This document shows positions 1 to 9,530 of a stretch of 64,000 nucleotides of DNA, one piece after another. Every line of letters begins with the position of its first letter. Within the stretch, counting starts at the first letter, position 1. The translations under genes were made by a program, and so were the position numbers. Location of the stretch: contig JBBFKZ010000003.1 in the NCBI GenBank assembly GCA_037481775.1, positions 81,826 through 145,825 on the forward strand. The letters run 5' to 3'. Below the pieces are notes generated by a model. That model ran no database searches, was not told where the DNA came from, and worked only from the letters and a program-made list of their open reading frames with translations. Origin of the DNA: Candidatus Bathyarchaeia archaeon. Lineage in GTDB: Archaea > Thermoproteota > Bathyarchaeia > Bathyarchaeales > Bathycorpusculaceae.

Positions 1-29
1 CACATCAAAGGTTTTTTTCATTACCAAAC

Positions 30-704
30 CTACCATTTCTTAGATTTGACTGTGAAACTTTTGATCATCAAGCGCCCATAACCATTAAGCCTTACCTTCT
101 CGCTTTCAAGAATCTCAAGCCGCTTCCTGAAGATTGGCCCGTCTATTACAAGTGTGTGAAATTCACCATGCTCTCCACAGGGGTCAACGGTACCAAGCCG
201 GCACAGGTCATCAAAGAACGCTTGGGTTATTTCTCTGCCAAGCCACTCTAGCCCCAGCAATTCGGTTTTTACCCTAACCAAGACAGCCTTGAAACCCGCG
301 GCTATGAACTCCCGGAGAATCTGGGTGGTATCGCGATGCCACAGAGGCCTAACAGGCACTAAGCCCACTTCTTTGCAGATACGCTCTAACCAGCCAGCCT
401 CATGCAGAGCCACGTCAAAAACATCCCCAGTCACAATACCTTCCACGCCCTCGGCTTTCAGCTTCAGTAATGCCTTCTTGAAATCTTGCTCGTAAGTCGC
501 GGGGGTGGTTGTCCATTTTTCTATTGGAATACCGATGGCTTCTGATTGGGCATCAAGCAGGTCTGAGGGGATCATGTGGAAATTTGATTTTTGCGGGTCA
601 GACATCATAGTCAACAAATGCGACACAGCGTGCCCTTCCTGGATTGCTTTGTAGCATGCAAAGCAGCTGTCTTTGCCGCCGCTCCATGAAGCAACAAGTT
701 TCAT
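30..704 (-). CDS. PP-loop ATPase, diphthine-ammonia ligase/DUF71 family
   Basis: SWSGGKDS PP-loop and DPCGEHGEFHT motif; last gene of the btu operon. Confidence 0.85.
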   Translation of the reverse strand: MKLVASWSGGKDSCFACYKAIQEGHAVSHLLTMMSDPQKSNFHMIPSDLLDAQSEAIGIPIEKWTTTPATYEQDFKKALLKLKAEGVEGIVTGDVFDVALHEAGWLERICKEVGLVPVRPLWHRDTTQILREFIAAGFKAVLVRVKTELLGLEWLGREITQAFFDDLCRLGTVDPCGEHGEFHTLVIDGPIFRKRLEILESEKVRLNGYGRLMIKSFTVKSKKW

Positions 705-721
705 GCGTTTGATCGCCTCCC

Positions 722-2059
722 CTATTTCTCCTCATTTTTGTTATGAATTTCAGGTTTCAGATGGGCAAGGAATCGGGTTTTTTCTTCCTTAGCTACTTTC
801 AGCTTTTCTGCGGACACATTAAGCAGTGAAAGAAGCTCGGTTTGGTCTTTAACAAAAACGGCGCCCTTATTTTTCAGCTCGGCAAGCAACGCTTTCGCCT
901 TGCCTTTGGTGAAATCTCGGCTTTCAATGGGCACTTCATCAATGACAAATGTGGGAACCCCGCGCTCTAACGATGCGAGGGCAGCTTCCAAGTTCTGAAG
1001 GTTGCCGAAGCCAAAGGGGACAGAGGTTACCACGACAACGCTGGCTTTTTCAATCATTGCCAGGTTATCTTTATGAGTCTTTTCAGTGATAGGTGAGAAC
1101 GGTGCTTCGGACGCCACTGGAATCTTCAGGAATTGGGCTGTTTCAAAATCGGTGTCCAGAACGTTAAGAACGCCTGCGGTTACACTGTAGCCCTCGTCCA
1201 GCAAAGCTTTCATGAGCGCAGTGCCAGTGCCAGCTCCGCATATAAGGTGTATTGCACACTTTCTGGAGGGCGGCGTCTTCTGCGGCGAAAGCGGAATGAC
1301 GAAGAGAGAGTTGGTTACAAGATGTTTTTTCACTATGGCGTCAACATCGAAAACACTCTTGATGTTTTCACTTGTAAGAACCTCTTCCAAGCTTCCAGCA
1401 GCAAATATCTTGCCTTTCTTGAGCATAATGGCTGATGTGCAATAGCGCGCGGCCAAGTTCAAATCGTGAAAAACTGCTAAAACTATCAGCTTCTCATTGT
1501 CACAAAGCGACTTAACAAGATCCATGATCTCCAGCTGGTTAATAATATCCAAATGCGTCAGTGGCTCATCCAGCAGCAATATTTTAGGCTCCTGCGCCAA
1601 TGCGCGCGCAATTATTACACGCTGCCGTTCACCACCACTGAGCTCATTAACGGGGCGCTCGGCAAACTGCCAAGTATTAGTTAAGAGCATAGCCTTCTTC
1701 GCGATTGCCATGTCTTTGCTGCTTTCCATCTGAAAGCGGGACATGTGCGGATTTCTTCCCATCAGCACGATGTCGAGTGCAGCGAAGTTGAAGCCTATGC
1801 TGCTATCCTGCGGCACAACGGCTAATTGCCTTGCAACATCCACGCTTTTGAGAGAATAAATATCGGCCTCATTGAGCAGAATAGTTCCCCTGTAAGGTTT
1901 GAGTGTCCGGCTTATGCTCTTGAGCAACGTGGTTTTTCCAGAACCGTTAGGGCCGAGTATCCCAACGAAGTCGCCTTCTTTTACTGTGAAGCTTACGTTC
2001 TCCAAGACTTTAACAGAGCCGTAGCGGCATTCAATTCCGTCAACGTTTAACACAACCAT
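722..2059 (-). CDS. btuD: Cobalamin/Fe-complex ABC transporter ATPase with C-terminal extension
   Basis: GPNGSGKT, LSGGERQR, LLLDEP; downstream of permease and binding protein. Confidence 0.85.
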   Translation of the reverse strand: MVVLNVDGIECRYGSVKVLENVSFTVKEGDFVGILGPNGSGKTTLLKSISRTLKPYRGTILLNEADIYSLKSVDVARQLAVVPQDSSIGFNFAALDIVLMGRNPHMSRFQMESSKDMAIAKKAMLLTNTWQFAERPVNELSGGERQRVIIARALAQEPKILLLDEPLTHLDIINQLEIMDLVKSLCDNEKLIVLAVFHDLNLAARYCTSAIMLKKGKIFAAGSLEEVLTSENIKSVFDVDAIVKKHLVTNSLFVIPLSPQKTPPSRKCAIHLICGAGTGTALMKALLDEGYSVTAGVLNVLDTDFETAQFLKIPVASEAPFSPITEKTHKDNLAMIEKASVVVVTSVPFGFGNLQNLEAALASLERGVPTFVIDEVPIESRDFTKGKAKALLAELKNKGAVFVKDQTELLSLLNVSAEKLKVAKEEKTRFLAHLKPEIHNKNEEK

Positions 2060-2071
2060 GGCTCATCAGCC

Positions 2072-3169
2072 TCATAACGCGTAGCTTTGCTTCTTTTTTC
2101 TAAACAGAATAATGAAGAAGGGCGCACCCGCCAGCATTGTGATTATGCCCACTGGCAACTCGAGAGTTGAAGCAAACGGCGTCGCGATGACTCGTGCTAT
2201 AGCATCGCAGACAACGAGGAATATGGCGCCAACTATTGTGGATGCGGGGAACAGAATGCGGTGGTCAGGCCCAATAACTAACCGTGTTATGTGCGGAACC
2301 ATTAAGCCGACAAAACCGACGAGCCCGCTTAGCGAAACAGCAGCAGCAGTCACCATCGAAGCAAACACGAGCAGAATCTGCTTTACGCGCTCTATATTCA
2401 CGCCCAAGTGCTGAGCAGTTTCTTCACCTAAAGCAAGCAAATTCAAGTCGCGAGCGTAGAAGTAAACGACTACAACGCCAACGATTATGAACGGTAGCAC
2501 TGCCCAAATGTCCGACCAGAGAACGTTGGAGAAGCCGCCGATTAACCAGAACACTATTGCATGAAGCTCATCGCCGGCTATGACCTCTAAAAGAGCAACA
2601 ACAGCGTAGAGAAAGAAGTTAACAGCTATACCACAGAGCAATAACGTTGTTACCGGGACTCTTGAGCCTACACGGGATATATTATAAACAAGAAACATGG
2701 CAAATAAAGCGCCGAGAAAAGCCGCTATCTGCACAAGCCTTAAGCCGAAGAGGAGAGTGCCTGAGCCAAAAAGCAGCGAGAATGATGCGCCAGTAGCCGC
2801 GCCAGCGGAGACACCTAAAATGTAGGAGTCTGCCATCGGATTTCTGAATACGCCTTGATATACCACGCCTGAAGCCGCGAGGGCAGCGCCCACCACCACG
2901 CCGGCTATTATTCGTGGCAAGCGTATTTGAAGAATAATAGCAGATTCTCTAGGTAAAACCAGAGAAGAATCTATGTAGCCATTTAGAAATGGGATCTGTT
3001 TACCTAGTGTGGCCAGAATATTTGTAAATGGGATTTGAGCATAACCTACATTTAGCGAAATTAAAACTGTTACAAACAAAGCCACCAATAACAAAATTAC
3101 AATTAGCTTCCATCGGGTAGCACGCCGAAAATATGTCCCTTCAACTTCGCTGGTGCTCATGGCGTTCAC
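2072..3169 (-). CDS. btuC: Cobalamin ABC transporter permease (FecCD/BtuC)
   Basis: IRLPR, FRNPMA, GEETAQHLG, GFVGLMVPH motifs; many TM helices. Confidence 0.9.
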   Translation of the reverse strand: MNAMSTSEVEGTYFRRATRWKLIVILLLVALFVTVLISLNVGYAQIPFTNILATLGKQIPFLNGYIDSSLVLPRESAIILQIRLPRIIAGVVVGAALAASGVVYQGVFRNPMADSYILGVSAGAATGASFSLLFGSGTLLFGLRLVQIAAFLGALFAMFLVYNISRVGSRVPVTTLLLCGIAVNFFLYAVVALLEVIAGDELHAIVFWLIGGFSNVLWSDIWAVLPFIIVGVVVVYFYARDLNLLALGEETAQHLGVNIERVKQILLVFASMVTAAAVSLSGLVGFVGLMVPHITRLVIGPDHRILFPASTIVGAIFLVVCDAIARVIATPFASTLELPVGIITMLAGAPFFIILFRKKKQSYAL

Positions 3170-3189
3170 ACAGAAAAAGTGAGAGGAAC

Positions 3190-4155
3190 TTAAAAGAGTT
3201 CTGGATGGAATGCCTTAGCTAACTCCTCTATGGCATCTGCAACTCGTGGCCCAGCTCTTGAGATAGTGTTAGAATCTACTGTATATATCCTGTTGTTTTG
3301 TACAGCGCTTATTGAACTCCAACCAGGCCGCGCCTTAACAGCATCTATACTGACCCAGAAAGGTTCCCCTTTTCCCATACCTTCTTCGGGCAGAATTATC
3401 ACGTCAGGATTCCTTTGAATAACCGCTTCAGAACTTGACTGGAAGTATGCTAAATCCTGATCAGCAAATATGTTGACGCCGCCAGCTTTTTCTATAAGCT
3501 CATTTTGCCATGCTTCCGCACCTGCAGTCCATAAAGACGTGGGATCATACCAGACTTCATAGTACACTGTCGGTTTGAACGCTGAAACAGCCACCTTATT
3601 AACCACAGCGTCGATTCGGCTCTGGACATTATTGATAAGTTCAAGAGCTTCGGTACGTTTACCAGTTGCATTACCAACTAGCTCAATGTCTCGCAAGACA
3701 CCAGCGATGTCTGGAGGATCTAACACTAAAACTTTGTAGCCCAAGTTTCGCAATGTAGTCACAGTTTCTCCCTGAACTCCCGCAGTAGCCAAGATCAGGT
3801 CAGGCTCAAGCGAAGCGATTACCTCCAAATTTGGATTTTTGAAGTCTCCAATACTGGTCATGTTACCCGCGGCAATCCATGCTGAAAAGTTGTATGGATA
3901 ATCGCAGTATTCACTGACACCTACAACCTTATCGTCTAGACCCAAAGCAAACACGATTTCAGTTGTGCTCGGCGCAAGTGAAACAATCTTATTAGGTAAA
4001 GCGTCCATACTTGTAACATAGCCTGTATCGTCCACCAAGTTACGCAATGCCTCAAGTTGCTCGGCACTTGTGCCGGTCTGATAAACATAAATAAAGGCAG
4101 CAACGGCAATTAACGCGACAATTGCTACCACGGCAACAACGATTTTCATGTTCAT
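3190..4155 (-). CDS. btuF: Cobalamin-binding protein
   Basis: N-terminal anchor, KIVSLAPSTTEIVFALG, EPDLIL, SRAGPR; next to cob genes. Confidence 0.85.
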   Translation of the reverse strand: MNMKIVVAVVAIVALIAVAAFIYVYQTGTSAEQLEALRNLVDDTGYVTSMDALPNKIVSLAPSTTEIVFALGLDDKVVGVSEYCDYPYNFSAWIAAGNMTSIGDFKNPNLEVIASLEPDLILATAGVQGETVTTLRNLGYKVLVLDPPDIAGVLRDIELVGNATGKRTEALELINNVQSRIDAVVNKVAVSAFKPTVYYEVWYDPTSLWTAGAEAWQNELIEKAGGVNIFADQDLAYFQSSSEAVIQRNPDVIILPEEGMGKGEPFWVSIDAVKARPGWSSISAVQNNRIYTVDSNTISRAGPRVADAIEELAKAFHPELF

Positions 4156-4190
4156 TTTATTACCTCTTTGGATGGTTTATCCATGCGTGC

Positions 4191-4203
4191 TTATAAAACT
4201 TTA
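4191..4203 (-). promoter_or_regulatory. BRE/TATA box of the btu operon
   Basis: Minus strand TAAAGTTTTATAA about 35 nt upstream of btuF; the identical 13-mer lies at 5481-5493 upstream of the 4783-5430 gene. Confidence 0.55.
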
Positions 4204-4287
4204 TGGAAATAAGCAAACAATGGAAAGCGAAAAACTTCAAGAAGGCACGCAACACTTAAAATAAACCCCGCAATAAGACAGAGGCTG

Positions 4288-4767
4288 ATGAACATGAACG
4301 CTGAAAATCCGCCATTACTAGATTATCTCGAAAAAAAAGGCATAAAACTGGAAGACCTTATATCTGCAGCGCTTGAGCTTTTTGTTCCACACCCAGGTAT
4401 AGAAACAGAAAAGGAGGCGGCGGAACTTCTTCGAGAAGAATTTTACGAAGTTTTGTCCGATGTCAATGTGTCCTGCCTTATAGTCGCCTGCTTCAGAGCA
4501 CAAGAAGATGCTGAAAACGGGTTAATCCCAGGCTTATCAAAAGAAAGATTCATGGGGCGCCCTGGACTCGTAGCCGACGAGTTATTGGGACTTGCAATAG
4601 CCAATTACATTGCAGGCGTAAAGGGCGTGTTTGAATTCACAAGATTTGATCAGGCAAAACCAGGAATCTTGAAAAAGCTCGGTCCACTCACAAACGATGC
4701 TATAGGGGGATTAGTTGCTGGCGTATCATCAAACATGTACACACAAGCCTTTAGGCGCATCAAATGA
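4288..4767 (+). CDS. cobZ: Archaeal alpha-ribazole phosphatase CobZ (PgpA-like)
   Basis: LVADELLGLAIA...FEFTRFDQAKPGIL...DAIGGLVAG pattern; cobalamin context. Confidence 0.75.
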   Translation: MNMNAENPPLLDYLEKKGIKLEDLISAALELFVPHPGIETEKEAAELLREEFYEVLSDVNVSCLIVACFRAQEDAENGLIPGLSKERFMGRPGLVADELLGLAIANYIAGVKGVFEFTRFDQAKPGILKKLGPLTNDAIGGLVAGVSSNMYTQAFRRIK

Positions 4768-4782
4768 TTTCATCTGCGCAGA

Positions 4783-5430
4783 CTATATGCGTTTTTGAAA
4801 TGCGTCTAAAACTCCGTGGCAGTCGCAGGTTGTGGCTACAACGAATTTCTCCCGTTGCCTTGCCCAATTGAAGAAGTCTAGAAGTTCACTGCCTTTAAGC
4901 GCCCCCATGCCCGGCGCCATCGAATGACTGATCAGAATAAACGCGTCTGGACTAGCGAACCTTATCAGCTCGGTCATGGTGCATGGCTTTCTCATGTGCG
5001 TAGAGGGGCAGATGGGGGGCATTGAACATTTTTCTACACAGCTTTTGTCTCTGTTGAAGCTTGTAACAAGCTTTCCCTTCCCAGCAGCCAGCACAACAAC
5101 TTCAGGCAGTTTGGGCAGTATGGCGTTTATGGCTTCAGTCCATGGATCAAGGGCAAACTTGATTTTCGCCAAGTCGGCAGCTATGTGCACGGGTGCTGTG
5201 GGAAATACATACTCGGGTTTAAGCTTTTCAATCAGCTCTAAAACCGTTGAAAGATCACCTTGAACAAAGTGCTCTCCATTAGACAGAGATTGCCTCGAAG
5301 CCGCGAGCCCAAATCTCCTTACGGCAAGACAGTTTGGATAAGTATCAACTACCACAAAGCCTTTGCCTTTCTGCCTTAGATGCTCAACTGCGTAGCACCC
5401 GTATTTCCCGCCGCCAATAATAATATTCAT
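4783..5430 (-). CDS. Uncharacterised Rossmann-fold protein with Cys-rich C-terminal domain
   Basis: IIIGGGKYG dinucleotide-binding motif; CVEKC..C..C and ATTCDCHG. Confidence 0.7.
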   Translation of the reverse strand: MNIIIGGGKYGCYAVEHLRQKGKGFVVVDTYPNCLAVRRFGLAASRQSLSNGEHFVQGDLSTVLELIEKLKPEYVFPTAPVHIAADLAKIKFALDPWTEAINAILPKLPEVVVLAAGKGKLVTSFNRDKSCVEKCSMPPICPSTHMRKPCTMTELIRFASPDAFILISHSMAPGMGALKGSELLDFFNWARQREKFVVATTCDCHGVLDAFQKRI

Positions 5431-5630
5431 CTTTTATTCACTTTAGTCTGCTAAAGGCGAATGGCTATTCCAAAGGTATGTTATAAAACTTTAAGCTAAA
5501 AAAGGTTCTCGGACCATAAAACGCCAGAAACTGGAAGCTTATTGGCCGCGTTTTAGCTGCATTTTTCCAGAAATTACCATAAGACTATAATATTTTGCTT
5601 GCTCAGTGAGATGTGCGCAGCGGAAGCATT

Positions 5631-6791
5631 ATGGGCCAAACAAAGCTATGCGTTGTCACCCATACCTTTCTGCCTCACGTAGGCGGGATAGAGAAGGTTG
5701 TTTATGAGCAGTGTAAACGTTTGATGCGGAAGCAGTTTGAGCCTACGGTGGTGACACATAGAAATTACACGGCTAAAAATTATGTTGTTGATGGAATAGG
5801 TGTCAAATGCTACGATGCGGTTAACATCGGATTTAGGCTCGGAATCCCCTACGCTATTCCGCAGATTAGCAGCTTCAGAACTTTTTTGGAAGCAGTAAAA
5901 GCCAGCGACCTCATACATGCACATGGTCATCCATATCCATCTTCTCTTATCGCTGCGAAAATCGCAAAGAAATATGGGAAACCGGTGGTGCTCACGCAGC
6001 ACAACACGTTCATAGAGTATGAAAACAGCCTCTGGGATCATGTGGAATGGCTAAATGACTGCGCCATTGGAAGAGAAGCCTTGAAAGCTTCTGACAGAAT
6101 AGTTGTCGTCAGCAATGCAACGCGAAATTACGTTTTGAGTTTAGGAGCAGATCCTAAAAAGGTATGTGTGCTCCACAACGGCGTCGACGTAGACCGCTTC
6201 AAACCCTTAGCGGGTGTAAGAGATGAAATGAGAAAGAAACTGGGAATCCCTGAAGCATCACGCGTCGTTTTAACAGTTAGGCGAATAGTTTACAAGAATG
6301 GTGTTGACACGCTAATAGATAGCGCAGAAAAGTCGATTCGGAAGAACCCGCGCTTAGTTTTTCTTGTAGTGGGCAAAGGACCTGACTTTGAGAAGGTAAA
6401 AGAAAAAATAGTCCAGCTGGGAATACAGGAAAATTTCAGGCTCACAGGTTTTGTTTCCGACGATGACTTGCCATTTTATTATAATGCCGCAGACTTCTTT
6501 GTCTTGCCCTCAAAGTCTGGAGAAGGCTTGCCACTAGTGGCGCTTGAAGCCATGGCTTGCGGATTGCCAGTTATTGCGACAAATGTTGGAGGAATCTCTG
6601 AAATTATGAAAGAGGAATGCGGGAAGCTCGTGCCGCCTAATTCACCTGACGTTCTCGCAGAGGCAATATTAGAGTTTTCTAGAAGAGAGTTGGCTTCTCT
6701 CAGAAGAGACTTACGCGTAATGGTTGAGCAGGAACATAGTTGGGACAGGAACGTGGAGAAATTAATCGAAATATACGAAGAGCTTATTTAA
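5631..6791 (+). CDS. Glycosyltransferase family 4
   Basis: GGIE, HNGVD, KNG, EGLPLVALEAMACG. Confidence 0.9.
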   Translation: MGQTKLCVVTHTFLPHVGGIEKVVYEQCKRLMRKQFEPTVVTHRNYTAKNYVVDGIGVKCYDAVNIGFRLGIPYAIPQISSFRTFLEAVKASDLIHAHGHPYPSSLIAAKIAKKYGKPVVLTQHNTFIEYENSLWDHVEWLNDCAIGREALKASDRIVVVSNATRNYVLSLGADPKKVCVLHNGVDVDRFKPLAGVRDEMRKKLGIPEASRVVLTVRRIVYKNGVDTLIDSAEKSIRKNPRLVFLVVGKGPDFEKVKEKIVQLGIQENFRLTGFVSDDDLPFYYNAADFFVLPSKSGEGLPLVALEAMACGLPVIATNVGGISEIMKEECGKLVPPNSPDVLAEAILEFSRRELASLRRDLRVMVEQEHSWDRNVEKLIEIYEELI

Positions 6792-6840
6792 CCAGATTAC
6801 GGAAACTATATAAAATTTCAGCGCTGGAAGTTGCAAGGCA

Positions 6841-7521
6841 ATGACATTGAAGGTAGACATGATTTCAGTAGTGATTCCCACACTCAACGAAGCTGGGAAC
6901 ATCCTTGAGGAATTGACAACAATTGAGAAAGAAGTGAAATACCCGAAAGAGATTATAATTGTAGATGGAGACTCCACCGACGGGACTAAGGAGATAGTGA
7001 AAAAAGCAAATTGCAAACTAATTGTTGAGCCCAGACGCGGCTATGGACTTGCATTGAGAACAGGCTTTAAGCATGCAAAAGGCGATGTCATAGTTATGGT
7101 TGACGGGGATGGCACTTATGAAGTAAGGCACATCAACCTTCTGGTTGACGCATTGATAAAAAACAATGCTGAATTATGCCTTGCAACGCGAATGTACGAT
7201 CCGAATAAAGCGATGGGGTTTATGAATTTTGTTGGAAACAAAATAATAACGTTCTTTTTCGACTTTTTTTACAGACAGTTTATCAGCGATTCACAGTCTG
7301 GTTTCCGTGCTATATCACGTGCGGCAATTGAAAAGGTTGATTTAGAACAGACGGATATGGCATTCGCTACGGAGATGCTGATACAATTCGCTAAAAAAGG
7401 CTTTAAGATGATTGAAGTGCCTTCGACTTATAAGGCAAGGAAATATGGGAAAACTAAGCTGAGAAGGATTAAGTCTGGAATAGAGATTTTCACCACCATG
7501 GTCAGAGGCTTAATAAGGTGA
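6841..7521 (+). CDS. Glycosyltransferase family 2 (polyprenol-phosphate glycosyltransferase-like)
   Basis: VVIPTLNE, VDGDSTDGT, DGDG, DSQSGFRA. Confidence 0.9.
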   Translation: MTLKVDMISVVIPTLNEAGNILEELTTIEKEVKYPKEIIIVDGDSTDGTKEIVKKANCKLIVEPRRGYGLALRTGFKHAKGDVIVMVDGDGTYEVRHINLLVDALIKNNAELCLATRMYDPNKAMGFMNFVGNKIITFFFDFFYRQFISDSQSGFRAISRAAIEKVDLEQTDMAFATEMLIQFAKKGFKMIEVPSTYKARKYGKTKLRRIKSGIEIFTTMVRGLIR

Positions 7522-8060
7522 AGACACTTTCGGAACTAAAGAAAAATATTGCCGAAAGCTTAGGCTATAACGACAGCAAAGGCCACAAAATTGCAGTGGT
7601 GCTTGCGCTGATATTTGTTTCTAGTCTTCTTTTAGGCTATTATTTTGTTTCAAGATCTCCGCCGGAAGGGTATAACACAATTTATTTGTTGGATTATCAG
7701 CATAGAAAAGCTATAGACTATCCTGAACTTTTAGTAATCGCTGGCAACGAAGAAAACAGCACGGTTAGTGTTTGGGTTGTGGTTGAAAATCACATGGGCA
7801 GCAATCAATCTTATCAATTGTTGCAAAAAGTGGTGAGAGGTTCAATTCTTTCCTTTCCAGTTGAAGCTGAAGCAGAGCAAAGTTACATGAAGACGTTAGG
7901 GGATGGCGAAAAATGGGAGATTTTAGCGACTGTTTCCTTAAATGAACCTGGAAGTTACTCGGTGGTTTTTGAGCTTTGGGTTTATGACGCGGGTACAGAA
8001 GCTTTTGTGTTCTCTTACAATTATTGCGTTTTGAACATCGATGCTATAGAACGAACCTAA
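7518..8060 (+). CDS. Membrane-anchored DUF1616-like protein
   Basis: One TM helix, then a beta-rich domain (VVVENHMG, VVFELW); overlaps the GT2 stop codon. Confidence 0.6.
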   Translation: MKTLSELKKNIAESLGYNDSKGHKIAVVLALIFVSSLLLGYYFVSRSPPEGYNTIYLLDYQHRKAIDYPELLVIAGNEENSTVSVWVVVENHMGSNQSYQLLQKVVRGSILSFPVEAEAEQSYMKTLGDGEKWEILATVSLNEPGSYSVVFELWVYDAGTEAFVFSYNYCVLNIDAIERT

Positions 8061-8063
8061 AAC

Positions 8064-9530
8064 TCATTGTGTAGCATCGTGCTGTGCACAATATTCCTCT
8101 TCAGTGGGTATTCTATGAACATTGTTGTATGCGCAGAAGGGTACAATTTTCAAGTCTGGTGTGACATAGTGAACAACGCATCTTCTGACGCGGTTTATGT
8201 CGAATGTGTATGGGTCCATGAAAGCCATGCAGCCTAGGAGGAAGATTCTTCGCCGCAAATTGGCAAGCGACTGATAAGATGGAGAAATATGCATTTTAAG
8301 AATGGTCTTTGTAAGGGTGAATATGCCAATTTCTTTGGTAACCAAGAGCCAGTTTAGAGATTGCATAGACGCCAAAAACAGTGCCGAGAGTATAGAGAAG
8401 CGCCCTTTGGTCTTCACCGATTTCGCCGTTTTCTGCAGGACGCGGAAGAAACGCTCAAAATTAACAAAGTGATTAATGGGGATAATTTTTCCTTTTTTTG
8501 ATACGTACATCCAGTTTACGAGGCCGCACTGTGGACTGCAGGAAAACAGGGGCCAGGGCTTTTTCATGAATTTGCTCATGACTATTATAGGTGAAGTCAT
8601 AATGGAAAGGGGAAAGAGATCGGTGGTTTTAATTTCGCCGTTGGTTTGCGTTTCAACTTCTTCGGCGAAGCTTGTATCTCGCCATTCTTCTCGTAATGGA
8701 TTATCAACCGCTCGACCAGTAAACGCGATAGGCTGGAAGATTATTCCCCGTATAATGTAGGAGTTCTGCGCCGCGAATCGTATAATGGCGCCAACTTCAG
8801 CGTCATTTACTCCACGCACCAGAGTAGTGACCAGTATTACTTCTATGTCATATTTACGGCAGTTTTCTATGGCTTTCATCTTGGTTTGCAGTAGCTTCTT
8901 ACCGCGCAGTTTCTCGTAAATTTCATCGTGAAAACTGTCAAACTGCAAATAAACTATGTTCAAACCTTTTTCCTTGAGCTTTTTAACAAGCTCTTCGGAA
9001 CGCGCCAATTTAACACCATTAGTTGCCAAGATAGTCATGAACCGCAGTTTATGCGCAGCAGCAATTATCTCCGGCATGTCCTCGCGTTCCAGCGGTTCAC
9101 CGCCTGAAAACAAGATTGCCGGCGGCTTAGGATTACGGTTGCTTAAGAACTCCAGCATATTCACTATTTTTTCTTTGCTAGGTTCGTAGTCAACTTCATG
9201 TCCGGAAAAAGTGGCAAAGCAAACAGGGCATCTTAAATCGCAGCGTTTTGTAACGTCAATTACGCCGATCACTGTGCTGGAGGCATGCTTATCACAAAAG
9301 CACGTGTAGGGGCAACCATCAGGATTCTTAGGAAAGCTTGCGTCTCCGAAATATTTGAAATAATCATATTCCTCGGCAAACTTGAAGACACAAGGACTTT
9401 CCCAATGCGCAGCGGAAAATGTTCCGTGCTCTTTACAGGTTTTGGTAAGTAAAATTTTACCGTTCACTTCAGTTAATTCAGCATCTATTTTTTTATGGCA
9501 TACTGGGCAGATGCTTTTTGTTTTCCTCAC
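8064..9530 (-). CDS. tes: Radical SAM enzyme, tetraether lipid synthase (Tes/GDGT-MAS, MJ0619) family
   Basis: N-terminal CPVC...CKEHG, CPYTCFC, CxxxCxxC (CDLRCPVC), GGEP, C-terminal FMDPYTFD..RVRRC..HY...PFCAYN; family clear, exact activity uncertain. Confidence 0.75.
   Translation of the reverse strand: MRKTKSICPVCHKKIDAELTEVNGKILLTKTCKEHGTFSAAHWESPCVFKFAEEYDYFKYFGDASFPKNPDGCPYTCFCDKHASSTVIGVIDVTKRCDLRCPVCFATFSGHEVDYEPSKEKIVNMLEFLSNRNPKPPAILFSGGEPLEREDMPEIIAAAHKLRFMTILATNGVKLARSEELVKKLKEKGLNIVYLQFDSFHDEIYEKLRGKKLLQTKMKAIENCRKYDIEVILVTTLVRGVNDAEVGAIIRFAAQNSYIIRGIIFQPIAFTGRAVDNPLREEWRDTSFAEEVETQTNGEIKTTDLFPLSIMTSPIIVMSKFMKKPWPLFSCSPQCGLVNWMYVSKKGKIIPINHFVNFERFFRVLQKTAKSVKTKGRFSILSALFLASMQSLNWLLVTKEIGIFTLTKTILKMHISPSYQSLANLRRRIFLLGCMAFMDPYTFDINRVRRCVVHYVTPDLKIVPFCAYNNVHRIPTEEEYCAQHDATQ

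Noticed and set aside
4156-4287. Cobalamin riboswitch upstream of btuF
   Set aside because: The gap is short, the TATA box lies close to the start and no B12-box is visible; there is only a small TGGAT-N5-ATCCA palindrome.
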